A stretch of 64,000 bases of DNA from Solirubrobacterales bacterium (lineage in GTDB: Bacteria; Bacillota; Syntrophomonadia; Syntrophomonadales; DTU052). Location of the stretch: positions 6,006 to 70,005 of the forward strand of contig JBLMZI010000009.1 in assembly GCA_050258755.1 (NCBI GenBank), written 5' to 3'. The notes below the pieces were generated by a model that had not been told where the DNA came from, searched no databases, and saw only the letters and a list, made by a program, of their open reading frames with translations. Shown one piece after another: positions 9,135 through 16,989 of this stretch. The number at the start of each line of letters is the position of its first letter. Positions within the stretch are counted from its first letter, which is position 1. A program made the translations under genes and the position numbers.

Positions 9135-9600
9135 CCGGCTGACCCCCTTTCACGATTTTTTCGCCCAGTTTCTCGACGCCGAGCAGCAGCGCGTCAATCA
9201 CCGCTTCCGGCCGGGGCGGGCAGCCGGGAATCCAGACATCCACCGGAACCGCCTTGGAAGCGCCCCCGATGACGTTGTACGACTGATGAAAAACGCCGAC
9301 CGAGGTGGCACAGATTCCGACCGCGACGACCACTTTCGGTTCGGGCATCTGGTCATACAGATTGCGCAGCACCTTAGCCGACTTGTAATTGACCGTTCCG
9401 GTCACGAGCAGAATGTCGGCATGTCTGGGATTGCCGACATTGACCGCGCCGAAGCGCTCGATGTCATACCGCGGCGTCAGGCAAGCCAGCACTTCGATGT
9501 CGCAGCCGTTGCAGCTGGACGCGTCGTAATGAAGCACCCATGGGGACCGGGTCTGAGCGGACTGAAAGAAATTCACGGCGCACAAGCTCCTGTCTGGCAA
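9088..9600 (-). CDS. echC: Ech hydrogenase small subunit C (NuoB-like, proximal [4Fe-4S])
   Basis: 170 aa. The Cys ligands SCNGCDIE, VGICATS and IPGCPPRPEA follow the NuoB/EchC pattern. Confidence 0.85.
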   Translation of the reverse strand: MPDRSLCAVNFFQSAQTRSPWVLHYDASSCNGCDIEVLACLTPRYDIERFGAVNVGNPRHADILLVTGTVNYKSAKVLRNLYDQMPEPKVVVAVGICATSVGVFHQSYNVIGGASKAVPVDVWIPGCPPRPEAVIDALLLGVEKLGEKIVKGGQPDERRNHPRQLTGSPS

Positions 9601-9603
9601 ATA

Positions 9604-9888
9604 TTAGAGGTGATTGGCAGAAGGATCATCCGGCGGTTCCTTTTCCCGCATGTGATTACCGCGCAAAACGTCCCGCCAGGAATCGTCGACCGCTTTCCAG
9701 TATTCGTCCCAGGTCTTCCATTGCATCGTTTTCGGGATAGGTTTGAGGGTAAGAATGCCATTGGATGCCGATGCGACGGCCAGCTTTGTCCCCTCCTCGA
9801 TTTCCAGAGCGACCCGGGTTTTACGGTCCAGCTGAACCCACCCGTTTTCCTGAACGGTAAGAATGGTAGGCACGTTATTTTCTTTCAT
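9604..9888 (-). CDS. small AbrB/SpoVT-like domain protein inserted between echB and echC
   Basis: 94 aa, with an AGGAGGAATCATC RBS before the ATG. PTILTVQENGWVQLDRKTRVALEIEEGTKLAVASASNGILTLKP fits the AbrB-like fold. It shares TxLTxQxxGWxQL, EGT, LKP and a C-terminal xYxxxxxxxWR with 6927..7202. Confidence 0.6.
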   Translation of the reverse strand: MKENNVPTILTVQENGWVQLDRKTRVALEIEEGTKLAVASASNGILTLKPIPKTMQWKTWDEYWKAVDDSWRDVLRGNHMREKEPPDDPSANHL

Positions 9889-9911
9889 GATGATTCCTCC
9901 TAATTAAGGAT

Positions 9912-9983
9912 AAGGGACACGCTTCGATGCTTCATGTTCCGCTTCGCTTCACAACGCGAGCAAGGAGCAGAAGAATGTCCCTT
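9912..9983 (-). other. intra-operon spacer structure: 8-bp closing stem (AAGGGACA/TGTCCCTT) enclosing four GAAGC repeats (minus-strand sense)
   Basis: The plus strand reads aagggaca(9912-9919)...tgtccctt(9976-9983). GCTTC copies sit at 9921, 9929, 9941 and 9946. The structure lies in the 154-nt gap between echB and the AbrB-like gene. Confidence 0.35.
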
Positions 9984-10042
9984 GTCGACATTGATATCTA
10001 TTTTGTCTTCTAAAGTATTCGAACTGGCGTTAATCGTGTCAT

Positions 10043-10891
10043 TTATAACTTTCTGGTGGCGATATTAAAAAACAGATTGACCAGGCACAGGGTAAAGCCG
10101 ACCGTCCAGCTGGCGGCAACCATCCAGTCCAGCCGCATTCGGGCATACAGGTTGTCGATGATGATTTCCAGGCCAAAGGCGGCGGCGGCCAACAGCACGC
10201 CGGCATACCACGGTGCCGCCCAGAACAGGTAGACAATATACAGTACGATCACAAGTTCCAGCCAGTGCGCAATTTCGGTCAGAGCCAGGTAGCGTCCGGA
10301 AATGTCGGTAGTAACGCCGCGTACCAGTTCCTGATGGGCATGCGCGCCGGATGAAATGTCGAACGGTGATTTGCGCATTTTGATGGTGAGGATGTAGAGC
10401 ACAGCCAGGAAAACCAAAGGATAGCTGAAGAGCAGCGGTGATTCTCGAAAAACGGCGCCGGACAGAAAGGTGCCGTTTTTTACATAGAGCGCAAAAGCGA
10501 CAAATAACAGAACCGGTTCGGCGGAGAGCATCTGAAACAGTTCGCGGCTGCTGCCAATATGACTGTACGGGGAATGGGTGGAAAAACCCGCGAAGGTCAG
10601 GAACACTTCAGCGGCGGCCAGCGCAAAGACAAAAACCAGAAAATCCTGGCCGGTGGCCAGCAGAATCAGCGCGGTCAGCATCCAGACCAGATGGGCATAG
10701 ACGAAAAAAGACTGCCGGCCGCTTGTCACTACGGTATCTTTGTTCCACAGCTTGATCACGTCATAAAAGGGCTGCAGCAACGGCGGGCCGAAGCGCCCCT
10801 GCAGCCGCGCGGTCAGCACCCGGTCCGCCCCCACAATCAGGCCCCCGGCAAGTGGAGCGGCCAGCACCAGCAGCAGAGCACCCCACATCAT
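10043..10891 (-). CDS. echB: Ech hydrogenase membrane subunit B (NuoH/HycD-like)
   Basis: 282-aa polytopic protein. The N-terminus ADRVLTARLQGRFGPPLLQPFYDVIKLWNK is the NuoH/HycD signature. It overlaps echA by 4 nt. Confidence 0.8.
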   Translation of the reverse strand: MMWGALLLVLAAPLAGGLIVGADRVLTARLQGRFGPPLLQPFYDVIKLWNKDTVVTSGRQSFFVYAHLVWMLTALILLATGQDFLVFVFALAAAEVFLTFAGFSTHSPYSHIGSSRELFQMLSAEPVLLFVAFALYVKNGTFLSGAVFRESPLLFSYPLVFLAVLYILTIKMRKSPFDISSGAHAHQELVRGVTTDISGRYLALTEIAHWLELVIVLYIVYLFWAAPWYAGVLLAAAAFGLEIIIDNLYARMRLDWMVAASWTVGFTLCLVNLFFNIATRKL

Positions 10892-12870
10892 ACGTTCACC
10901 ACCCCCATCATGACCGCGATAGCACCAAGTCCGGCCAAACTGAGCCAGAAGTCCAGCCGCCGGTTTAACCGCGCCGGGAAATAGTAACCGCCAAGCCGCA
11001 CCTGGGAAGGCTGCTCCCCTGCGCTCAGGTAGACACCCGCTGGCTCGTTTTCGGCATTCGCGCCGCCCAGGTAAACCGAATCGGTCCGCCGGTCCGGCTG
11101 AACCCTTCCGGCAATCCAGGGTAAAAACAGGGTCGCGGCCACCGCCGCAATCAAGAGCCCGATCGGGAAAATACCTTCATAATAAGGGGACTGCCCGACA
11201 TGCAGTGCGGGATTGAAGAACGGCACCCAGGCGAAGGCCCCTAGATTCAATCCTGGCAAATCGACCAGCGGACTTGGATACCACATGATCAACGCCGGTA
11301 CCGAGAGTCTTTGGGTCACCGCCTCGCAGCCCAGGCTTCCTGCGATGATCAGCATCCCTAATGCGGCCAGCGGCAATTGATACCACCGGGATATCTGATT
11401 TCCGGACTCTTCCGCAGCACCGGGCGGGGCCGAAAGCAGCCGCCCGATCCATTTGGTCCAAAACAGCACGGTCAGTGTGCTGCCGGCGACGAAAAAGGGC
11501 AGCAGCAAAGGCTCGCGAATCGCTGTCTCAAAGAAGGCCCATTTGCCGATCAGCATCCCAAACGGGGGCAGAAACATGGCCAGCGCACCGAAGATTAGGA
11601 AATAGGCCAGGCCGGGAACCCGTCCCACAAGTCCCGCCATGTTTTCGATACTGCGGGACCCGATCCGCTGCTCGATTGCGCCCGTGGTCAGAAACAGGAG
11701 GGCTTTGGTGAGCGCATGAAACAGCATCAGCAGGATCGCCGCATTTAAGGCGAGCGGGGTGTTGGTTCCGGCGCAGACAACGATGAGACCGAGGTTAGCG
11801 ACCGTGGAATACGCGAGCACCCGTTTTGCGTTTTCTTCCCGAAACGCCAGCAGTGAGGCCGCGAAAAAGGTTACCGCACCAGCCAGAGCGATGGCGGAAC
11901 TGAGCAGGACCGCCGTGTAAGCGGGCGCAAGGCGGATCACCAGATAGACGCCGGCCTTCACCATGGTACTGGAATGCAGTAAAGCCGATACCGGAGTGGG
12001 TGCGACCATGGCCCCCAGCAGCCAGTTTTGGAATGGAAACAGGGCGGCCTTGGTGAAGCCGGCCAGCGCCAGGAGCGCAACGGCGGTTAAGAACGGGGTC
12101 GAAATCGTTTCCAGGTCGCTGTTGACCAGGTTATACAGCGAGACCGCGCCGGTTCCAACTTGGGTCAGCAGCAAAATCAGAGCACCGGCAAACGCCAGCC
12201 CGCCGATGCTGTTAAAAAACAAGGCCCGCATCGCGCTGCGCCGTGCTTCTTCGGTGTCTTCAAAGCCGATCAGCTGGAAGGAACAAAGGGTGGTTGCTTC
12301 CCAGAAAAAATACAGCCAGAACAGGTTATCGGAGAAAATAATGCCGTTCATCGCAGCAAAAAAGACGGTGAACCAGAAAAAAAACGGGCGGCTGTCCATT
12401 GGCTTGGTGTGATCGGCCCGTTCGTCCATATAACAGAGCGTAAACAGCAGGATGATTGAACCCACCCCGGCGGCAATGAGATACATCACAACCGAAAGCC
12501 GGTCGATGGTAAGGGTATAAAGACCGGCGGTTTTCGGATGGACCACCAGTTCCAGGTAAATCAAAACCGCTAACTGCAGCAGATTGATCAACATCAGGGG
12601 CTGGTGACCGCGCCGGATCGAAACCGACAGGAAATACGCGAGCAAAATCAGATCAGCCGCGAAAACCAACCGGTCATAACCCGCTAAATCAAGGCGAATC
12701 GGTTCCAGCCCGATCGTCAGGTGCAGCCAGACCGCGCTTCCGGCCAGAACGGCAGCCAGGACAATCAGTAAAAAGCGGCGGATTGGCTGCGCCGGCCAGA
12801 CGTAATTAATCAGCGCAACCCCGATCGGCAGCAGCAGAGCGGTGATGAGAAAGGTGTTGATTGATGACAA
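10888..12870 (-). CDS. echA: Ech hydrogenase membrane subunit A (NuoL/HyfB antiporter-like)
   Basis: 660 aa with many TM helices. It follows the Mrp/NuoL-type pattern (WLLGAMVAPTPVSALLHSSTMVKAGVYL). First of the six ech genes. Confidence 0.8.
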   Translation of the reverse strand: MSSINTFLITALLLPIGVALINYVWPAQPIRRFLLIVLAAVLAGSAVWLHLTIGLEPIRLDLAGYDRLVFAADLILLAYFLSVSIRRGHQPLMLINLLQLAVLIYLELVVHPKTAGLYTLTIDRLSVVMYLIAAGVGSIILLFTLCYMDERADHTKPMDSRPFFFWFTVFFAAMNGIIFSDNLFWLYFFWEATTLCSFQLIGFEDTEEARRSAMRALFFNSIGGLAFAGALILLLTQVGTGAVSLYNLVNSDLETISTPFLTAVALLALAGFTKAALFPFQNWLLGAMVAPTPVSALLHSSTMVKAGVYLVIRLAPAYTAVLLSSAIALAGAVTFFAASLLAFREENAKRVLAYSTVANLGLIVVCAGTNTPLALNAAILLMLFHALTKALLFLTTGAIEQRIGSRSIENMAGLVGRVPGLAYFLIFGALAMFLPPFGMLIGKWAFFETAIREPLLLPFFVAGSTLTVLFWTKWIGRLLSAPPGAAEESGNQISRWYQLPLAALGMLIIAGSLGCEAVTQRLSVPALIMWYPSPLVDLPGLNLGAFAWVPFFNPALHVGQSPYYEGIFPIGLLIAAVAATLFLPWIAGRVQPDRRTDSVYLGGANAENEPAGVYLSAGEQPSQVRLGGYYFPARLNRRLDFWLSLAGLGAIAVMMGVVNV

Positions 12871-12883
12871 AAAAAAGCCCCCT

Positions 12884-13543
12884 TTAGGAAGGGGACGTTT
12901 CTTTCAGGAAGTGTTTCAATGGTATATCGTAATACGTTTCGGCGTTTAAGAAAGCCTCGGTCCCTGGCCAATCGCCGGCTGATTCGATCAACTCGATCAA
13001 AGCCCGGTCGTAACCGGTCAATCCGCGCCGGCCGGTCAGAAGGCCTTCTTGTTCCAAATACCGGATTGTCGCTGTCACGCCGCTGGTCACGATCGCGTAC
13101 ACCAGTTCTTCCGTGTCCCCCAAAATATGAGAACAGAGGTAGAAGCGGCAGATCAATGAGCGCACAGGATAAACCGTACACACGCGGTCATTCAGAAAGG
13201 TGCAGGGACCAGTCTTCAATCGGGCCAGCCCATTGGCCAGCCAGACGGGTTCAAAGTGATTCGCCAGGAACTCCCGCGGCGATCCGGCTGTCGCCTGGCA
13301 CAAGGCTTTGAATGAGATCAGGTCCGGAATCACAAAGGCTGCATTGCAACAATTGTTGACACAACCCTTGCAGGCACCGTCCTCACCGGCATACATTTTC
13401 TCGAGACGGGAATCGCTCGCCAGCGGTTCCCAGGCTTCGAGCAGATCACCGAGTGAGGCCGCTTTGTCAGCCACCTCTACCCCCAGACCTAATTTGCCAT
13501 CTTCGGCAGCAATATATACCCTGACCTTCGGCACTATTCCCAT
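12884..13543 (-). CDS. YkgJ/UPF0153-family cysteine-cluster (putative Zn/Fe-binding) protein
   Basis: 219 aa. ACKGCVNNCC followed by GPCTFLNDRVCTVYPVRSLICRFYLC resembles the CxxCxxCC family. The stop is 13 nt upstream of the echA start. Confidence 0.55.
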   Translation of the reverse strand: MGIVPKVRVYIAAEDGKLGLGVEVADKAASLGDLLEAWEPLASDSRLEKMYAGEDGACKGCVNNCCNAAFVIPDLISFKALCQATAGSPREFLANHFEPVWLANGLARLKTGPCTFLNDRVCTVYPVRSLICRFYLCSHILGDTEELVYAIVTSGVTATIRYLEQEGLLTGRRGLTGYDRALIELIESAGDWPGTEAFLNAETYYDIPLKHFLKETSPS

Positions 13544-14085
13544 GCAACATTTTCCTTAATCACTTTGGCTGGATTCCCAGCCACCATTGTGCGCGGCGGC
13601 ACGTTCCTGGTGACGACCGAATTGTTGGCGATGATCGCGCCTTCGCCAACCTGGACCCCTTTCAGGATAACGGCCCGGGACCCAATCCAGACATGATCGC
13701 CGATGACGACCGGCGCGATTTTGGTTTCGAGTTTCTCGCCGATTTGACCAACCGGATGAGAGGAGGTGTCCATAATCACGACATGCCAGGAAATCGCGCA
13801 CCCGGCGCCGATTTTGATCTCATCGACCGCCAGCACACAGGTGCCGTCCCCAAGATAGGTGTTGTCCCCGATGATGACACGGGCATTGTCTCCCAGCGAA
13901 AGCCGGACCGCCCGTTCCAGCATCACGCCATTCCCAACATGAATCTCGGCCCCTTTGCCCTGAAAAATGAATCCGTTGTTCCGGGCCCGAAGGTTGGTCC
14001 CGCAGCTCTTCAGGTGGCGTTTCACCAGCAAGGTGGTCACCTTATCGGATAAATCGGCAAATGTCAAAATGCTCACACACCTCAA
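13534..14085 (-). CDS. hexapeptide-repeat (left-handed beta-helix) acetyltransferase
   Basis: 183 aa with repeated [LIV]G-x4 hexapeptides (IGDNTYLGDGTCV, IGAGCAISWHV, IGDHVWIGSRAVI, VGEGAIIANNSVV) ending in VAGNPAKVI. Confidence 0.75.
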   Translation of the reverse strand: MRCVSILTFADLSDKVTTLLVKRHLKSCGTNLRARNNGFIFQGKGAEIHVGNGVMLERAVRLSLGDNARVIIGDNTYLGDGTCVLAVDEIKIGAGCAISWHVVIMDTSSHPVGQIGEKLETKIAPVVIGDHVWIGSRAVILKGVQVGEGAIIANNSVVTRNVPPRTMVAGNPAKVIKENVAWE

Positions 14086-14100
14086 TTATTTCTTTCGCGA

Positions 14101-14565
14101 TTATTCCGCGGCCTTCTGGTTGTCCTTGATCGCCTGGCGCGCCAGCTGGTCACAGCGTTCATTCATGGGAACGCCCTTGTGGCCGGCGACCTTGATGATC
14201 TGAACCTTGTTTTCCCGCGTTTTTCGAATCAGCTGAACCCACAGATCCTGGTTAGCCACCGGCTCTTTTTTGGAATTCACCCATCCGTTGCGCTGCCAGT
14301 TCTCAATCCAGCCTTTTTCGAACGCGTTCACGACATAGGCGCTGTCGGTATGAACCTTGACCTCCCAATCCGTGACCTTCAACGTCTTCAAGGCCTCGAT
14401 GACCGCCATCAATTCCATGCGCTGGTTGGTGGTCATCGCTTCATAACCGCTGACTTCTTTAATATTTGAACCATGCTGGAGTACGGCGGCCCATCCGCCC
14501 GGCCCGGGATTTCCGGAACAGGCGCCATCGGTATAGATCGTAATCATCTTATCCATTCTTCTCAT
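14101..14565 (-). CDS. rnhA: ribonuclease HI
   Basis: ITIYTDGACSGNPGPGGWAAV..TTNQRMELMAVIEAL..VHTDSAYVVN..HKGVPMNERCDQLA carries the D-E-D-D catalytic pattern of RNase HI. The start is ambiguous (M1, M4 or M7); the upstream part overlaps the comFB-like stop. Confidence 0.85.
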   Translation of the reverse strand: MRRMDKMITIYTDGACSGNPGPGGWAAVLQHGSNIKEVSGYEAMTTNQRMELMAVIEALKTLKVTDWEVKVHTDSAYVVNAFEKGWIENWQRNGWVNSKKEPVANQDLWVQLIRKTRENKVQIIKVAGHKGVPMNERCDQLARQAIKDNQKAAE

Positions 14566-14854
14566 CAGGCGCAGGCATCGGATGACGCGGTTTTTTCCCG
14601 ACGGTTGATATCGCCGAAGTCAAGGCCGCGATAACGTCCATCCGGAACTGATTGGACAGCACCGCCGCCTTGGAAATGGTTTCCCCTCTTGAGGTCGCCG
14701 CATATCTGGGTTTTAAGTGGTTGAGGGCGAATGCGACGATGTCCGCCCGGCATAGGGCGCAGTCGCAGGCCGGATTCGCACTGCTCATCACGCGGTCCAG
14801 GTTCTCCCACACCAGATCTTCCATTACATTTTTCACTTCAATCTTGAATTCCAC
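14549..14854 (-). CDS. ComFB-family protein (stand-alone)
   Basis: Track ORF 14549..14920. I prefer GTG 14852-14854 (AGAGGGGA 8 nt upstream, just after the HAD stop). NVMEDLVWENLDRVMS..CDCALCRADIVAFALNHLKPRY is the ComFB signature. Confidence 0.7.
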   Translation of the reverse strand: MEFKIEVKNVMEDLVWENLDRVMSSANPACDCALCRADIVAFALNHLKPRYAATSRGETISKAAVLSNQFRMDVIAALTSAISTVGKKPRHPMPAPDEKNG

Positions 14855-14871
14855 GGCTACAGTCCCCTCTT

Positions 14872-15597
14872 TCAGAAAATCTCCAGGAGTTGACGCCAGT
14901 TTCGAATATGCCACGTACATTCCGGTACGGTCCAGGACGACTGCGGTGCGAGCCAGACTGCCTTCATGCCGGCTCGCCGGGAACCAATGACATCGGTCAG
15001 CGGGTCATCACCCATGTGAACGGCCCGCTCAGGTTGGGTGCCAAGCTGTCGCAGCGTATGCCGGAAAATCTCCGGATTCGGTTTCGCCAGCCCGACCTCG
15101 TCCGAAAACACGGTCACTGTGAAGTATTGAAAGATTCCGGCCAGGTCCATGACCTCACGCAGGATGGACCCAGGGGCCGCGCCCGTGTTGCAAATGACCG
15201 CCAACCGGTATTTTTCAGCCAGTTTCGGCAGCACCTCCGCGGCGCCGTCGAGCAGTGCCGGAGGATCAAGTTTAACGACATCGACATAGGTATTGTAAAC
15301 CGCATCGATTAGGGGTTGGTGGTCCGGCAAATCAAGCCAGTGCTGTAAGCGGGCCACATGCCCGGCTGGCCCAACCTCGATACCCATCGCTAACTGCTGA
15401 TACCGGGCGTCATGCCAGGCATTAACGAAGCCGTTTTCAATTTCCGCCGCGCTGCGAATCAACCCGAACCGCTCCAGCGTCATCCTCATCTCTTCAATGC
15501 GGATCATCATCGTCAGCCGGGGATTCAGTTCATGAAATAGCGTGTTCCAAAAATCAAAGGTTATGACCTCGTACACCCGGTTAACCCCCCTATTCAT
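14872..15597 (-). CDS. HAD-superfamily hydrolase (subfamily IA-like)
   Basis: 241 aa. Motif I is ITFDFWNTLF, motif II VICNTG, motif IV HMGDDPLTDVIGSRRAGM. Confidence 0.7.
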   Translation of the reverse strand: MNRGVNRVYEVITFDFWNTLFHELNPRLTMMIRIEEMRMTLERFGLIRSAAEIENGFVNAWHDARYQQLAMGIEVGPAGHVARLQHWLDLPDHQPLIDAVYNTYVDVVKLDPPALLDGAAEVLPKLAEKYRLAVICNTGAAPGSILREVMDLAGIFQYFTVTVFSDEVGLAKPNPEIFRHTLRQLGTQPERAVHMGDDPLTDVIGSRRAGMKAVWLAPQSSWTVPECTWHIRNWRQLLEIF

Positions 15598-15698
15598 GAT
15601 ACGTTCTCCTCAGCGCGGGGGAAATCCTTCACGCTTGCCGCTAGTGCACACACCCAGGGACGACGCTAAAAAAGACTAACCAGGGGCTGTTATGTTAC

Positions 15699-15743
15699 GA
15701 AAAAAGGGCCGCGCACACCGAAATTGCTTCGGGCACACAACCC
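15699..15743 (-). terminator. intrinsic terminator after the FmdB-like gene
   Basis: The minus-strand RNA GGGUUGUGUGCCCGAA-gcaau-UUCGGUGUGCGCGGCCC is followed by UUUUUU. The stem needs G-U pairs, so it folds only in the minus sense. Confidence 0.6.
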
Positions 15744-15769
15744 TTGTTCATCCAAACCCTTCAACCGGT

Positions 15770-16075
15770 CTAAAACCCCTCGGCTGCCTTGGTGTTCGTC
15801 TTGTCCGACTGCGCGACATAAGAATTCAGATCCCCATCTGCCAGGGCCTGCGACTCGGACTGCCGCTCCTTGTTCAGCTTGCGGGCCATCTCTTTCTTCT
15901 GTTTGGAGTCGGTGGCATAAAAGCCGGAACCTTTAAAAATCACAGCCACATTCTTGCTGATAAGACGCTGTACCGGGCTGCCGCATTCCGGGCAGGCCGT
16001 CAGCGGATCAGCCGTTATTTTCTGAAATTCTTCGAAATTTCCGCATTGCGGGCAGTTGTAATCATAGGTTGGCAT
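15770..16075 (-). CDS. FmdB-family zinc-ribbon protein
   Basis: MPTYDYNCPQCGNFEEFQKITADPLTACPECGSPVQRLIS shows the CxxC..CxxC pattern of the FmdB/CxxC_CxxC_SSSS family, followed by a K/E/S-rich tail. Confidence 0.8.
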   Translation of the reverse strand: MPTYDYNCPQCGNFEEFQKITADPLTACPECGSPVQRLISKNVAVIFKGSGFYATDSKQKKEMARKLNKERQSESQALADGDLNSYVAQSDKTNTKAAEGF

Positions 16076-16149
16076 AAGTTCACCTCAAAAAAACGAAGTC
16101 CCATTCATTATATAACGCCAGGTTGATCCCGTCTGTCAAGGGCCGGGAG

Positions 16150-16446
16150 TCAGACCCTGAAATGCTCTTCGATGGGAAGAATATAGATCACCGCGTTGGC
16201 CCGCTGGTATTCCTCTTCTTCCTCTTCGGCCAGAGCCCGGATTTTTTCGTATTCAACAAAATCCTTAATAATTTTGGTCGCAAGCACGGCTTCCTCATCC
16301 TCGACACTGGTGAACAATGTCGTGCCGCCGCGCCGGAAAAAGCCAGCCGATCCGGACAGGCGCGTCACGATAAACCCCCGGTCGTTCAGGCGCTCGGCAA
16401 TCTCCGAAGCCTGTCCTTCAGGGACCACCGCCATCACGAGTTTCAC
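16150..16446 (-). CDS. darA: PII-like cyclic-di-AMP receptor, DarA (YaaQ) family
   Basis: 98 aa. MKLVMAVVPEGQASEIAERLNDRGFIVTRLSGSAGFFRRGGTTLFTSVEDEE...VIYILPIEEHFRV aligns by eye along its length with my recollection of B. subtilis YaaQ/DarA (MKLIVAVV..FRVTKL..GGF..GNTT..GVED..FVLPVDEFHQF). Confidence 0.75.
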   Translation of the reverse strand: MKLVMAVVPEGQASEIAERLNDRGFIVTRLSGSAGFFRRGGTTLFTSVEDEEAVLATKIIKDFVEYEKIRALAEEEEEEYQRANAVIYILPIEEHFRV

Positions 16447-16859
16447 GCGTCATCCCTCCCGGCGATTTCTTTCGCATAAGCCTGCAGAACGTCACTGCGG
16501 CTCAAGATGCCAATCAAGTGATCGGAATCATCCTGATCCACCACCAGCAGCCGCCCGATTTCCTCGTGGGCCATCAGCCGCGCCGCGTCGCGCAGGGTTC
16601 GGTCCATCGCAATGCTGGGCACTTCATCAGTCGTCATTTCCCGCACCGGCGTTTCGCCCGGCAAAGTCTTAGCGGCTTCAAGCAGGTCTTCATACGTCAC
16701 CGTACCGGCCATGTGCTGTTCTTCCATGACCGGATACAGGTAATTCCCATACTGAATGACAATCTCCATCGCTTCCTCCAGCGTCGTATCAACCCCCAGC
16801 GTCACGACCCGGCTGGTCATCACCTCGGATACGGTGATCGAAGAAAGTATGTGTGTCAT
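16443..16859 (-). CDS. CBS-domain pair protein
   Basis: Track ORF 16443..16928. The likely start is ATG 16857-16859 (MTHILSSITVSEVM). There are two CBS motifs (VSEVMTSRVVTLGVDTTLEEA..; VREMTTDEVPSIAMDRTLRDAARLM..IGILSRSDVL). The stop overlaps the darA-like start (ATGA). Confidence 0.75.
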   Translation of the reverse strand: MTHILSSITVSEVMTSRVVTLGVDTTLEEAMEIVIQYGNYLYPVMEEQHMAGTVTYEDLLEAAKTLPGETPVREMTTDEVPSIAMDRTLRDAARLMAHEEIGRLLVVDQDDSDHLIGILSRSDVLQAYAKEIAGRDDA

Positions 16860-16989
16860 CTTGCGTCTGCTAATGTGAATTCCCCCGCTCTCCCCGGTTC
16901 TCCACGCGTCGCCGCGTTCTTTTTTCAAGGAATTATGTACTACTAACGTACCAGCGCCGTAATAAGTCTGTCAATCATTCTCAAACCGT

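Noticed and set aside
6927-9888. Considered whether the two AbrB-like genes are MazE/VapB-type antitoxins of degraded toxin-antitoxin modules.
   Set aside because: No toxin-sized ORF (PIN, MazF or similar) or remnant follows either gene. One is followed 4 nt later by echC, the other by the liv promoter region. I therefore report them as operon-embedded AbrB-like genes rather than toxin-antitoxin loci.
9932-9991. 19-codon mini-ORF (MSTRDILLLLARVVKRSGT) inside the echB / AbrB-like spacer.
   Set aside because: There is no RBS, and it overlaps the predicted stem structure. It is most likely fortuitous.
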